A stretch of 61,723 bases of DNA, filler included, from Choristocarpus tenellus KU-1152 (taxonomy: Eukaryota > Protista > Phaeophyceae): assembly GCA_964200185.2 (NCBI GenBank). It is 10 parts of 10 records of this genome, joined end to end, with 100 filler letters (N's around TTAATTAATTAA, not from the genome) between each part and the next. Parts side by side here need not be neighbours in the genome. Positions count along the whole stretch, not along the records: positions 1 to 8,984 come from CAXNAD020004128.1; positions 9,085 to 15,890 come from CAXNAD020007308.1; 8 more parts are not named here. One strand, given 5' to 3'. Under the pieces are notes generated by a model, which made no database searches, had not been told where the DNA came from, and saw only the letters and a program-made list of their open reading frames with translations. Made by a program: the position numbers and the translations under genes. Positions 1-12,515 of the stretch are shown here, piece after piece (the first letter of the stretch is position 1; each line of letters starts with the position of its first letter).

Positions 1-639
1 GGTTAGGGGTGGGTGGGGGTGGGGGGGGGGGGGGTGGGGGGGGGGGGGGGGTTGGGGGGGGGGGGGGGAGCAGCAATAGCAGTAGGAGTACTACAACATA
101 GTACTCCAGAGCATATAGATGTTTTAATTTTTCGTAAGAATAGTGCACACTGACTCTGTTTGCACATCAAACATGCTACATTGTACATAACGATTTGTTC
201 TAGGTGCATTTTATGTATTAGGGTTAGGGTTAGGGCTAGTTCGTACTCGAAAGCAGTGGGTGTTGAACTGTTTTTTTTTTGCCTACTGTAGATTTTTTTT
301 TGTATTCTTTGTTATAGCTGTCCAGGGATGCCTGGGTAAACTTGTATATATATTGCCCATTCTGGGAGGACCAGATTCATGGGGGGGGGGTTGAAGTTCC
401 CTGAATGAACTTGGTGCCTTTGAAGTAGATAGACAAAAGAACGTATGCGAACTGTTCTGTATGGATCTACACCAACTTTCTATCTCCGTTCAAGTCCTTC
501 ATACCGACTTACCCAGGGTATGTTCACTTTTTTAAAAAATCCTGGTAACTAAAGCCAAAAGAGTGATAAAAATAGTGCACTTTTTCTTCAAGGATTTATT
601 AGCTGCAACTTTGATGCACTACATATTTCCGCAGTAGTA

Positions 640-1403
640 CTGTACTCTATCCCATAATTCTGTATCGTTACGGTTTTTTAAGAATTACATTTTTTCAAAT
701 GAGAGATTCAGAAAAAACAATATTATTGTTCGAAAGCCAACAACTTCAGCTTGCACATAGATATCTTCAAAACACTTTTTCATTTTGAAATGGTTGAGGA
801 ACCACCACCTGAACAAAAGCGTTTTTTATTTTATTTTATTTTATTTTTTCGGAAATGACGGGTCTTGTAAAATCAGCAAATCGGTCATTAGTGTCTGGAA
901 ATGATGGTTAATCCGCCATAATGTCTCGACGAGACCTCCGATGAAGATGTGGTTGTCTTCACTCTCATTCTCTCCTGAGGGCATTCTGGATCGCTTGATC
1001 CCCATTGACAGAGACGTGTCCAACGCAGTCACAAGTTGATAGATTGAGACAGAGAATGAGAGTGAAGAGTAATTAATTAAATGCAAATACCATCAAGGAA
1101 TCCAACGCAACTAACCATGTCTTTATCGGAAGTCTTGTTGAGACGCAATGACCAATTAGCCATCATTTCCAGACATTTTTGCCCGGTTTGGCTCTTTTTG
1201 CTAAATCTGCCATTTCTGAGAAAAATATATGTGTTCAGGCAATGGTTTCTCAACCATTTTGAAGTGAAACAATGTTTTGAATATATGTATGTGCAAGCCG
1301 AAGTTGTTGGCTTTCGAACAATATTATTGTTTTTTCTTAATCTCTCATTTGAAAATGTAATTCTTAAAAAACCGTAACGATACAGAATTATGGGATAGAG
1401 GAC
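640..1403. mobile_element. Non-autonomous Tc1/mariner-type (Stowaway-like) element with ~170-bp terminal inverted arms
   Basis: ~642-815 is the reverse complement of ~1232-1403 (ctctatcccataattctgtatcgttacgg / ccgtaacgatacagaattatgggatagag). TA lies at 638-639 and 1404-1405. A homologous arm at ~37011-37184 ends in GGGACAGAGGGAG|TA, the Stowaway/plant-mariner terminus. Confidence 0.75.
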
Positions 1404-1981
1404 TATAATGCTCTTCTGACTGCAGCTGATTCCTGGGCATCCTTCCATATTTTTGCAATGAATGCTCTTGAATGGAGACATTTTCTTTTTTTTGAAATGC
1501 ACTTTCTTGCCTAGGATCTTCTCCAAGAAGAGCACTAATTTTGATAAATGCTGCCTTCTGGGAATTCCTTTCTTAAAAAAAGAACTATACCCAGAAACTT
1601 CAAAATAATAGTGACCACATTGCGCTATGGAGTTTAGATTTAAGTGTCTCTACTTGTTGCTTCCATGTGTGTGATCATGCTTGTGAGCCTTTCAAAGCGT
1701 TTGTTGAAACCTTTCAAACACTGCTGCTGCTGATGCTGATGCTGTGTTCCCATTTCTTTTGTGATTTTCTGATAAAAAAAGTAATGCTTATTGTAATAGC
1801 AATTATAATAGTGTGTTTTCTGGGTAACTTCTTTTTGCAGCAAGGACATGCATTTATCCTGAATGCTTGATTTAATCAAAAGGTCAGATGGGCAGATATT
1901 GTAGTGTCATGTAGAACAGTTGATTTGCAGTAAACTGCAAACTTGGTATCAAACTTGGTTCGAAGTAGTCCAACCTGATAA

Positions 1982-2204
1982 TGTATGACATGATAATGTT
2001 GTTGGTAACATAATAGATATATTGTATGACATGATAATGTTGTTGGTAACAAAATAGATATATTGTATGACATGATAATGTTGTTGGTAACAAAATAAAT
2101 ATATTGTATGACATGATATTGTTGTTGGTAACAAAATAGATATATTGTATGACATGATATTGTTGTTGGTAACAAAATAGATATATTGTATGACATGATA
2201 ATGT
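1982..2204. repeat. 41-bp minisatellite, ~5.4 copies
   Basis: Unit tgtatgacatgataatgttgttggtaacaaaatagatatat starts at 1982, 2023, 2064, 2105, 2146 and 2187, with no spacers. Confidence 0.95.
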
Positions 2205-4465
2205 CCACAGTCTATGCGCCAATACCGTTCTAAATATATTTCTCATTGGCTATTAATTATTCCGATCCTTCTGACCCTGTTCGTGATTTCAAAAAAGAGC
2301 TAAAAAAGTATCTGCAGTTGGTTTCACTGCTTGCATCGACCAAGTTTGGTAGACCATTTTTCTAGACGGCATGTAGAAAAAATTATAATACTGTTACTTA
2401 TCTAGGAATATAAATGTTCTCGGACCAACCGTTTTAGAAAAAAATGCAAAAAAGTCGATGTTTGCTTGTGCAAAGTGCAGCATGTATAATCAAATCCTCC
2501 AGTGAAGAAAATACAATGGGGGTCGACATTGTTTCGTTGTGCATATATCTAAGGATTTGATGGAAGCACTGGGAGCACTTTGTATGCCTACATTGTCTCC
2601 TCCTGACCTTATGTTTCTAGCAGGTCATCAGAGAGTGGGGAAATCTTTATTTTGTTGGCGACCTGACCAATAATGGGTCTATTTGCTTATTTGATGCACC
2701 TATGCCTCAACTGTGAGATTCTACTTGAATTCCTTTCGCCGTCTAGGTAACAACCAAGAGGTAGCAACCAGAAGGTAGCAACCACCACTACTGCTGTTGT
2801 ACTACATTTTACGTTTTTGCTCCTTGTGCTGTTCGTTAGGGTCAGGGTTTGAAGTGAGCTGTAGATTGAGATACTCTTATAATTCACTGTAGTATTATGG
2901 GACTATAGCTGTCGACTCTATTTATTCGGATGATGTCCTACTCTCTCTTGCGACTCTATTGGTCCTTCACGTTTTTGTGATTTTTTTTTTGTGCCTGGCA
3001 GATTCTTCCCGAACACCCTGCAAGAAGAGAGAATGCTGACAAAGCTCATCCTCAACAACAACAGCTCTCATCCTTCACAATCATGGGAACCTCTCAAGTC
3101 AATGAGAAGAGGGGCGAGAACAAGATACACTTTGTTCTGTGCATCTACCAAGTGGAGGAAGAATCAAAAGAAGGTTCAGAAGATTGGTACGGTCTGCCTG
3201 GATACCCCAGTGGGGAGTCACTGTACCTGGTGGACATGCAAAGGGGTGGTGGAGACTACATGAGGTAAGAAGGCATGCAGGGGGGTGCTTACATTTTTTT
3301 CTGGACTTACATTGGAGAGCACAGGTGCAAGAGTTTGTTCTGCATTAAGCATGTCCATATATGTCAAGCGGTGGTGGATCTCAATGTCGGGTACAGCGTA
3401 GGATGACCTAAGAGTTTTCACTGTGTGTACTACATGAGATACATGCAGTACATGCGATACATGCTGAGTAGCATATCCCCATTCATTTGGTGTAGAGTAT
3501 GTGTACGGTAAGTAGGAAGGTGAATTGGTGTACACATTTTTTTCTGTCAGTAAACACTATTGAAGTGTATTTTTTCGAAGCACATACACACGGAAACTAC
3601 GTGCCCTCTGTCGTCAGGTAGCAGTTACATGACACGAACTTCCGATTTTAACAAGGACACAAAGCGAAGGTGGTAGGGGAGAAAATATATGTGCAGACAT
3701 CCTCTAGTGTTATATTGTAGCTAGTGCCACACTTGTGGAAAGATTTTAGAAACAAAGCTCAGAAAAGTGGCTTTTGTTGTTGTTTTTGTTAGGCATCTCT
3801 TTGACAATAGCTGTTAGTTGTGTGTTGTGTGCAGCTGTTGGTATTCCTCTGCTCTCTGCTGCACCCTTGAGGGTGTTGTTTCCGAGTATTGCATCTTGCT
3901 GCTTCCAAGCATCTTGTTGATTCTTGTAGGCATCCAATCCAAACCCAGTATAGCGGTGCGTGTTATTGATGCAGTTAACTGCAACAAATCTCTTTTCCTC
4001 AACTATATATTGCATTGCTATGGTACAAAATATTTTTTTAGCATACACAGGCAAAGTGAACAAGTGAATTATTATGACATGGCAATGCAATCCATTTTTC
4101 CGTTGTATCTTTTCAGGTACCGGGATTTTAAGCGGAGGTTTTTCTCACGCCTCTTGGTTGCAAGGCCCTGACGGTAAATCAAAGCAAGGCCTTGTTGATC
4201 CTCATTGTGGCCCTAACAAACATCCAGTGGAGAACAAGGAAGACAAGGGAATTATAGTTTGGTGATGGCAGATGTCTGGAGGATCTGTCAAGGGCAACTT
4301 CTCACCTCAAGAGCAGACAAGCTGATGCTGGGCTTGGGCCTGAAAGTACATATTAGAGTGAAAACCTCTCTGATGAAAATCCCATCATAATCCAGAGGGT
4401 GATCTGAGGAACCATAATCCTACTCCTGACCCTGACCCTAACCTAGAGTAAAGTGGATTGTGATT

Positions 4466-4660
4466 GAGCCAAAATATCTGTGTGGGGAGGGGCTCTACAC
4501 CAGGCTGTCCATTTGGGGCAAATTCAGGAACGGCGCATTTACATCATCCATACGACTTATGCAACGACTTATGCAACCAAATCACCAAAAAATCACGACG
4601 TGAAAAAATTGACCCCAAATGGACAGCCGCCGCCCTCCCTCCCCCCAGATACTTTGAGCC
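4466..4660. mobile_element. MITE family A (~190 bp, GAG/GGC termini), complete copy
   Basis: TIRs gagccaaaatatct...agatactttgagcc, internal inverted gtccatttgggg/ccccaaatggac, flanked by att/att. Other copies: 8886-8984, 12309-12493, 15820-15890, 40482-40536, ~40660-40830, ~51355-51515, 58046-58225. Confidence 0.85.
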
Positions 4661-4694
4661 ATTTGTCATGCATCACTTATGGGTGCGTAGGAAA

Positions 4695-4728
<34 letters not shown>

Positions 4729-5164
4729 GTATATATGGCTGACCGTTTCCTGCTGTTGGGAGGTAGAGAAGCCATTTTTTATTGATGTGGTAAATTGGAT
4801 GCAGTACTGTGACTAGCATCATGTACAATACAAGTGTGAATGTAGATGTGATACATATAGCTCATAAGTGTCCTATTGGCATTCATTATTGTGCGAGAAG
4901 TGACCCCATTTTAGGTAGTGTGAACAGAGTAATAGGCGAAGCCAAGTAATAAGTAGTACATGTCAACAAGCAAGAGATGCATGCACATATCTCCTGCAAT
5001 GGGGATAGAGCCACTCCTGAAGGTGGCTTATTGTTATCGGGCATGGAAGGAGCATATCTTGGATGGGAGTGCACCACATGAACTCAACAAGTGTGCAAAA
5101 TATTACTGTACAATACCACATTTTATAGTCGTGTGTGTGTGTGTGTTTGGAATATTCCCCAGTT

Positions 5165-5422
5165 GAGTCAAAGTATCTAGGAGGGTATAGCAGCGTCCAT
5201 TTGGGGGTCAAAATCCAATGTTGCAATTTTGATGTAATTTTGGCAATGGTGTTTGTTTGGAGATGTCGGTATCCTTGTTTCAGATACACCTTTTCATAAT
5301 GTATGCATTTTACCTGCTCCGAACATTTTGGAGCAGGTAAAATGTCATTAAAAACCCGTAGGAATCCAAGCCCCAAATGGACAAACAGGGAAAAACTCAT
5401 ACCCTCTAAGATATTTTCACTC
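5165..5422. mobile_element. MITE family B (~258 bp), complete copy
   Basis: TIRs match the family consensus GAGTCAAAGTATCTTAGAGGGTA...TACCCTCTAAGATACTTTCACTC, flanked by agtt/agtt. Carries the same gtccatttgggg subterminal motif as family A. Confidence 0.9.
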
Positions 5423-5993
5423 AGTTTTTGACATACAGAGAATGGGTCATAAAAGGGAAGGTCACAATTTTACTTCTCATTTTTCTGGGTAAGTTTAATG
5501 TTACCAGGAGTTTTTTTCTTTCATGAGCAAGAATGGCTATTTGTCAGTGCTTTCTTGGTTGTATTTTGAATGTACATATCTTCTCCAGAACTTTAGCTTC
5601 TTTGTAGTGTGTACATTATGAAATAAGCGCTCCATCAAGTGCCGAGCGGATGGTTCTATTTATTTATTTGGTGGTTAGTTTGGAACTCTAAGAAATGTTC
5701 GTCGCAATTAGTCGCAGCATGTCTCCCACATGCTGTTTGGTTGTCGATATTTTTGAGATCCGTGAACAGTTTCATGGATCACTCACTCTCTATACGTAGG
5801 ACATTTGTGGCTTGGCTGTTTTTTTGTTCACATTAAATTGAAAGAATAATAATAATATAATATACTACAACAAATGTTCTCCATACTTAAATCCACCCAA
5901 ACCTGTGGATGAAGACATGTGTGCGGGCACTGCTGGCGAAATATTGGTAACTACTTGCGATGTTGTGCTATCATTAGTGTACTGTATTATGTA

Positions 5994-7655
5994 CTACCTC
6001 CGTACAATAAGTCTGTGCCACGTTGTCCATAACGTTTGAAGATGATGAAATCCATTTCTGAAAGATTTGGAATCCTTCACAAATTTCTGTTAGGGTCAGC
6101 TCTTTTTTTTGTTATTGCTCCCCGTCCATCACAATTTTACCAGCCACAGAAAAAGCCTCTATGTCTACCTTCAGCGTGTTTTCAAGCTCACCAGATAACT
6201 GCCTCTTCCTTACCCATGTGTGCTCCACACTGAAGTCATTTCTTTGTATCTAGGTACTTCATTGTACACCACAAAAAGGAGCTGCCAAGCCCTCTCAAGT
6301 GTGGTTTCATCATACTCATACTATTTCTTAATGACCTTCACCATCTCCTTGACAGACCCAAACCGCTCCCCCATCACCTGGCACTTCAAAGACTTGAAGA
6401 AGCACAGGTCCATGATATTGAGGTCGGGTGATTTAGATCGCTGCATCACAAGTCTAATCGACCCCCCCTCAGTCTTCCCTACCCCTGACAAGATTTCAGA
6501 GTTGCCCTTGCCCATGTGGGGGGTGGCACCATCTTGCTGAACGACAACATGCTTCCCCTGCAACCAAGGCATCTTCTTCACCTTGATTGTAGGCAGTAAC
6601 CCCTCCATGTACCACTTCCTGTACCACAAATGGTCTAAAGTACAGTCCTGGCCATAGACATTCCCTTTTTATGGTTCTTGCTTGTCCTTTCTGCCGTTTT
6701 TGGCGCACACACACGCCAAACATCAAGCTTTCCATCAAAGCTGTGAGCCGAATCTGGGCAGACGTTGACTGCAATGATCATGGTTTTGGGGATATGACTC
6801 TTGTGCTGCACAGTAGGGGACCCTGGAAGGTTGCTATCGTCCTCATGCGGAATTACCCTAACCCTTTCCCCATCAGTCATCATGTAAAACCAGGTTTCAC
6901 CTACATGGATCGTGTTCACCATGGAGGCGTACACACCACGTTTCCGGTCCACTTGATCGCAAACAAAGTCCATTCTCCATACCTTTTGCCACGATTTAAG
7001 CTTGGGTTTGACCCAGCGGCGATTCGGCATGGCCCCCATATCGTCTAACCACCTGTTTACGGTATTTGTGCTATAATTCAGCCCCCTGGTGGCCATCTTC
7101 ATTGTCACCTGACGCACTGTGGACGACCAATTATCGGAGTTGATACTATGCATTGCGACCATCTTGGTCGGTGTGAGCTCCGAAGGCCGCCCACTACGTA
7201 CCGCCACCCCTAGGTCAAGCGTGTGGCCACAGGCAAGCTGATCACTAACATCCTCCCAGGGCCCTCACATGTAACACTCGGACACTCCAAACTCCACTGC
7301 GAGGGCCAGCCCAACGTGTCGTGGCAGTTTACGCTCACCAGGGACCATCGCAAGGGCATGCCACACTGCAAGTGCAACCCTGGTATTCAGGGACATTTCC
7401 ACAACCTTCCCACGCAGGGAGGTCGACGGGGGGGTTGCCCTGCCGACATTGTGGTCTTCAATATGCCCAATTCTGGCATCAAAGTCACCCCAAAAGACCC
7501 CTACTTTGATGGCTTGAAGCACCTCGACCCCCACCTTTTCTGAAAGCTGAGAATATCAACCCGATTTCATTCTATGGGGTTATCGTCCGATTCGGCACCG
7601 TTCTCGCTCGACGAGCCCAGATGTTTCGCGGCACAAAACTATGGCACAGAAGTAG
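5994..7655 (-). mobile_element. Plant/oomycete-type mariner DNA transposon (DD39D-like family, here DD40D), TIR to TIR, with a disrupted transposase
   Basis: TA at 5992-5993 and 7656-7657. Imperfect TIRs ctacctccgtacaataagtctgtgccacg / cgcggcacaaaactatggcacagaagtag. Minus-strand ORF pieces 7265-7534, 6635-7207 and 6321-6629 carry IHVGETWFY (cf. VHIDEKWFY), QQDGATPH and SPDLNIMDLCFF. Confidence 0.9.
6230..7440 (-). pseudogene. Mariner transposase pseudogene
   Basis: Split across several frames; first catalytic Asp replaced by Gly (IHVGETWFY). Boundaries approximate. Confidence 0.85.
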
Positions 7656-8127
7656 TAAGAAAATGTTTCAATGCATTTTTTTGGACGTAGTTGTTGGAAA
7701 TCCCGAAAAAACCGAGAAGAATCATGACATTTCCTTTGAAGGAATTCGTATCTATTTTCATCCTTGCCCATTTCGAGAAATGTCTAAATGGAAATGAGAG
7801 TGTATTTCGTTTCTCCATACACCAGAAGATATACCTGCCAAGAATGGGTAAACTCGTATCACAATTGATTAATGGGTTGATCAATCCATCCATTGATTGG
7901 TTGGCCTTGAGCATGCAGGGAAAATATATATGTTAAACGGTATGGCATTATCACGCATTTGTAGCAGTCACCACATACTGATTGCAGAACAGAGGATCCT
8001 AGTTTGTGTCCTAATGTACGGTGTTGAGATTGAGGTGTGAATATATGTTACATTGAGGTGGACTTGTGCTATTTTGTTCCATACCTCGAAGTACTGTAAA
8101 TGTGGGGATTAGATAGACATCAAATGT

Positions 8128-8200
8128 CTCCCCCGCCAAGAATCAAACTCAAATCTTCTGAGTGAGAATCACACATGCTAACTGTTGGACTGAGGTTGTA
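8128..8200 (-). pseudogene. Degenerate tRNA-Glu(CTC)-like sequence (pseudogene or SINE head)
   Basis: Minus strand reads agtccaacagttagcat-gtgtga-ttCTCac-tcaga-agatttgagtttgattcttggcggggga: A-box-like, anticodon-arm and decayed B-box segments. The acceptor stem is broken. Confidence 0.5.
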
Positions 8201-8984
8201 CCAATACCTTAGCGTTCTGAAGCAATCTTGGTTTTGTTCAATGTAATGCCACAGGAATTATACAACCACATATATATATATATATATCAAATGAGCGCTT
8301 ATGACAAGAGCGTTTGACGATTGGTATGCATGAATGCACAAACTTTGGTGATCGGGAGCTATGCCTCGATCAAAAAATGGCCAAAAGGAGGAGGAACACT
8401 TCCGACCCAACTCTGACCGTCAGAAGTTTAATAGGTACAAAAATGAAGTGGTTGGCTGAACTCCTCACAAAAAACAGATGCGAGGTAGTCGCTGCCTAAG
8501 TATGATGCGTGTGCCAATACTGAAAACCCTCCCAAGATTTGCGGAAATCATTTTTTAGTGCAATTTACAGACACAGGCTGTGAGCACATACACCGGTGAC
8601 TCACACAGCAACATGAACCACAACGGTGAGACAAGGAAGAGCCGCCAATGCCACTCTGCCCCCTGGGCCTACCCTAGGTACCTTCTCTGTCGAGAGGCGC
8701 CAGGAAAACAAATACTGACACTCAGTGCGATGCTAGGTGACGAGAAAGTGCGTGTACTGTGGCACAGCAGCATGACCAAATCACGCAATAGACCACGCGG
8801 CCGTGACTCTGACGCTGTCAGAAGATGCATAGAAAGCATTACCACACAAACGTGGTTGGAGCTTCAACCGCTGTGGAGCAGTCCTGGCTCAAAGTATCTT
8901 GGGGGGGGGGGTTGGCAGCTGTCCATTGGGGTCAATTTTTTCATGTCGCGATTTTTGGGTGATTTGGTTCCATACGTCGGATGG

Positions 8985-9084
8985 NNNNNNNNNNNNNNNN
9001 NNNNNNNNNNNNNNNNNNNNNNNNNNNNTTAATTAATTAANNNNNNNNNNNNNNNNNNNNNNNNNNNNNNNNNNNNNNNNNNNN
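8985..9084. other. Artificial contig linker (N44-TTAATTAATTAA-N44), first of nine
   Basis: The identical 100-bp linker with stops in all six frames recurs at 15891, 19311, 24635, 40537, 45480, 51222, 54520 and 58240. A separate 10-N gap is at 18720-18729. Confidence 0.99.
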
Positions 9085-9273
9085 GGGGGAATTTGAGCAT
9101 CATTAGGAAGAAGAAATCCAAATCCATCTCCTATGCACATATTACTCCTGTCGCGCTCAATTTTTGAAGAAGAAAAAAATTATATAGAGCACAATATTAC
9201 GTTTTTATTTCCAAAAAATGTAGAAAAAGAAAATAAGTTGAGCTGAGTTCATGAGTATACGCAAGCACTGTAC

Positions 9274-9485
9274 CATAACGCCGTTCATAGGCCCCAGCAA
9301 GGAAGATGGACTTAGCAGCAACGGAGTCATCATCTGTCACAAGAAAGCCTCCCTCTCCAGAGTTGATCACCTTGTCAGACTGCGTGGAGTAGACAGAGAT
9401 CTGACCCAGGCCACAGCAGCGGCAGGTTTCACACCAAAAAAGCAACATTTTTTGGTTCATTCAATAATATGTATTGTGTGTGATT

Positions 9486-9529
<44 letters not shown>

Positions 9530-11981
9530 TGTGTGCGTCAAGGTATCAGAGCAGATTGTGGAATAAAAGGATAAAAAGCACCTTGGCATGGAAATGGTAC
9601 GGGTTTGGGGGGTGGGGGTGAGAGGGAGGTAAACCCTCGGAGGGTTAAAGCTCTGGGGCACTCTGTGGCAGGATCATGAAGGGAGGTGTAGTTGAGTGGG
9701 AGGCAGAGGGGGAAAGGATAGAGCAAAAAGGAGTTTGTAAGGAGAGGAAAGTACCGCGAAATGTCATTCCATGAAGCAATAACAAACCAACATATTATCT
9801 GATGATAAACAAAACAGCAATGATACAAATAGTAACACCGGGGGGGAGGGGACATTACCATGGCAAACGAGCCTTGCTCTTTTGTTTACCCATCCTACAT
9901 GCAGGCGATTCCATTGGTCTAACCTACACGCAGGCCATTCCATTGGTCTAAAGGTACTGCCTTTTCCACCTCAAGTTCTGAATCCTCCTCCTTGAGGTTG
10001 ACATGACCTCAATAATAGTACCCAATATATGTACACATAATTGCTGTCATCCTTTCCATGACAAGAGCGCTATCCAACACGATGCTGACCCACACATGAG
10101 CCGGAACAGGTAACGCCTTGAACAGTCCGACGCCGTCGAACTGTCAGTAATCCACTCCCTGTAAACCCTGTATTGAAGTCAGTCCCACATGCGCCAATCA
10201 CACTAGGGACACTTTTTGCACTCTCAAAAACTGCAGATCAGGGTTAGGGTTACTCTTCTGACATCGGGCACCGTACCCGCCCAAACAAGTCAGGGAGTTG
10301 CATTGATTGATCACTTCTATCGGATCACAAAAGAGAATAGTGATCAAACAAACCCTATCACTCCATTCATTTTTTTTTGTTCAACTCTGCGGATATGCCT
10401 TGCCCTTGAATCTTCCTAGCAAACTCCACATCAAATATCCCTGTACCGAAAGCTAGCTCATGTGCTGTTGGGGTCAACTTTGCTACATTTTTAGCAAGAA
10501 ACAAATCGTAGCGTGATTGTCAACGAGTTAGAATGTAGATAGATGAGGAAAAGCGATGTCACGTTGAAACTTTAGATTTCACAAGGTGTACCTTTTCTCC
10601 CACATACGTGTACAGAACAAAAAAGCAAAAAAAAAAAAGCAGTAATCCTGCCAAATGATCAAGAGGAGCTTCCAAAACTGAAAGGGTAACAAAATCATGT
10701 TTGAGGGGGGTGAAATAAAAGCAATAGGATGCGCACTGACAAACTTGAAATACTTCACAAATTGTATGTCTCCAACGTATTATTACCACTAAAGCTGTAC
10801 GGCATTGGTGTAGAGTATCTACAAGGAGTACTTACCACATTAACTATCCTGGAGTAAAAGGGCAAGGAGAGGGTGCAGCTTGATCATTCAATGCAACTAT
10901 ATCATTCTACTTGGTAAACAAATTGGTACCTTGAACATGCGGTCTCACATGGCCGTGATATCCTAACTGCCGATCGCGCCACTTGACTCCACAACCGTGG
11001 GCGCAGTCCTCCACAAGCGTGAGGCCACGGTCCTTGCATATCTTGTCCAGCCTGTCCATGTCACAGACCTGTGAAACACGGTTCATTAGGAATATGGAGT
11101 CATTCTCGAGACAGGACTAATTATTGGTCAACAAAGCACACAAGAAGATCACAAAAGGGTTGTGGTACTCAATACAAAGTGTCAGATTTGTGGTGGAGGG
11201 ATGTTTGTCGCTTTCGTCTAGAGAAGAACATAATAATACAAATCAGTTAACCCGAAAAAAAGGGCATAAAACATTCACCTTGCCTCGCATGTGGGAAAGG
11301 AGAAGGACCTTGGCGTTGCTCGTGGCGGCTTTCTGGTCGAGGTCATCCAGATCCATAGTCCAGCTGTTGGGAGTGCGCCCCCCAGAGGTAGGGAGAAGGT
11401 GATACAAATCAGCGAACCCTGGTGCATATCGAAGGCATCCGTGTTACGGACAGTCTAAAGTGCCATCTCCCTCTCAAGTCCTACACCGAATCCAACAATC
11501 TATCGTGTTCTACTGGCGGACCTTACAAACGTATCAAACCTTACCTTCTCTGGCACTCGACGAGGACCGGCACGGCTCCCATTCGTATGATTGCTGACGG
11601 CAAAGCTGTGAATGTAAAACCATTAACCAGAACCTCGTCGCCCGACCTCACGCCAACGCACATCAGAGCTATCAAGATCGCGGACGAACACGAGTTGACC
11701 CCAACCGCGTAAGTTGAACCCATCGCCTCGGCAAACTCCTTTTCCAACAGTGCCACCTGAGAATCTTCTGCCGAAATACTACTGTAGCGGAACACCCGTC
11801 CACTGCGCATCACCTCCACAGCCGCCTTGATGCCATCTTCTGGGATTGAGATTGGTCTCTTGAAATCCTTCTGGAAGGTGGGAGGGAGTGCCCCCAACGA
11901 GGAACCAGAGCCCGAAGATCCCCAAGCAGACGCCACCGCCACTAGCACCCACAACATTCGACTGCCTCTCTCCATCCTCAT
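9274..11981 (-). CDS. DegT/DnrJ/EryC1/StrS-family PLP-dependent aminotransferase with predicted signal/plastid leader (3' partial)
   Basis: GT-AG exons 11981-11545, 11363-11279, 11068-10949 and 9400-9274 join in frame. Motifs: LEKEFAEAMG..YAVGVNSCSSAILIAL, GDEVLV..FTFTA, GAVPVLVE, LSHMRGKVCDMD, VEDCAHGCG, and YSTQSDKVINSGEGG (PLP lysine). N-terminus MLWVLVAVASA-W. Remaining exons lie beyond the contig end. Confidence 0.9.
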
Positions 11982-12308
11982 GCTTGGGTTAGCTGGGTAA
12001 TACAAGTACACAATCTACAACAAATGGGCAACAGTTGTGGGAGTCTTGTTTGAATCCTGTTTCTGTTGATGTTATTATTTTATTTTTATACCCTCTGAAA
12101 TTTTGGAGATGTGTCAGGGGAAAATCAACAAAAACCACACATATCAGAGTATATTGTCACAATGCAGGTAGCCCTTGTCTAGACGTGTCATGCGTTTTAA
12201 GCTGGAGTCACCAGAGAGATGGGCAAGGACAGGGTTGGTAGATTCTTGGGATGCTTCCCTACCTCCTCACTCTAAATTGCATAAATAGGTAGCTTGGAGA
12301 CACAAGAA

Positions 12309-12493
12309 GACCCAAAGTTTCTTGGGGGGGGGGGGGGGTCCTACATCATCAGGGTGTCCATTTGGGGCATGACCAGGAAAAGTGCACTTACATTATCCAT
12401 CCGACGTATGCAACCAAATCACACAAAAATCGCTACATTAAAAAAAAGCCCCCAAATGGACACCCACCACCCCCTCACCAGATACTTTGAGCC
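12309..12493. mobile_element. MITE family A, complete copy
   Basis: gacccaaagtttcttggg...ccagatactttgagcc, flanked by agaa/agaa. Confidence 0.85.
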
Positions 12494-12515
12494 AGAAGGC
12501 AGTGGACAACATAGA

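Noticed and set aside
1-68. Proline-rich ORF or true telomere at the window start
   Set aside because: Poly-G low-complexity contig end with a single TTAGGG; possibly a sequencing artefact.
1982-2204. CRISPR-like array
   Set aside because: Head-to-tail 41-bp units with no unique spacers, no cas genes, eukaryotic context.
2991-4430. Exon-like fragments on the plus strand
   Set aside because: Stops and frameshifts, no recognisable motif; cannot support a call.
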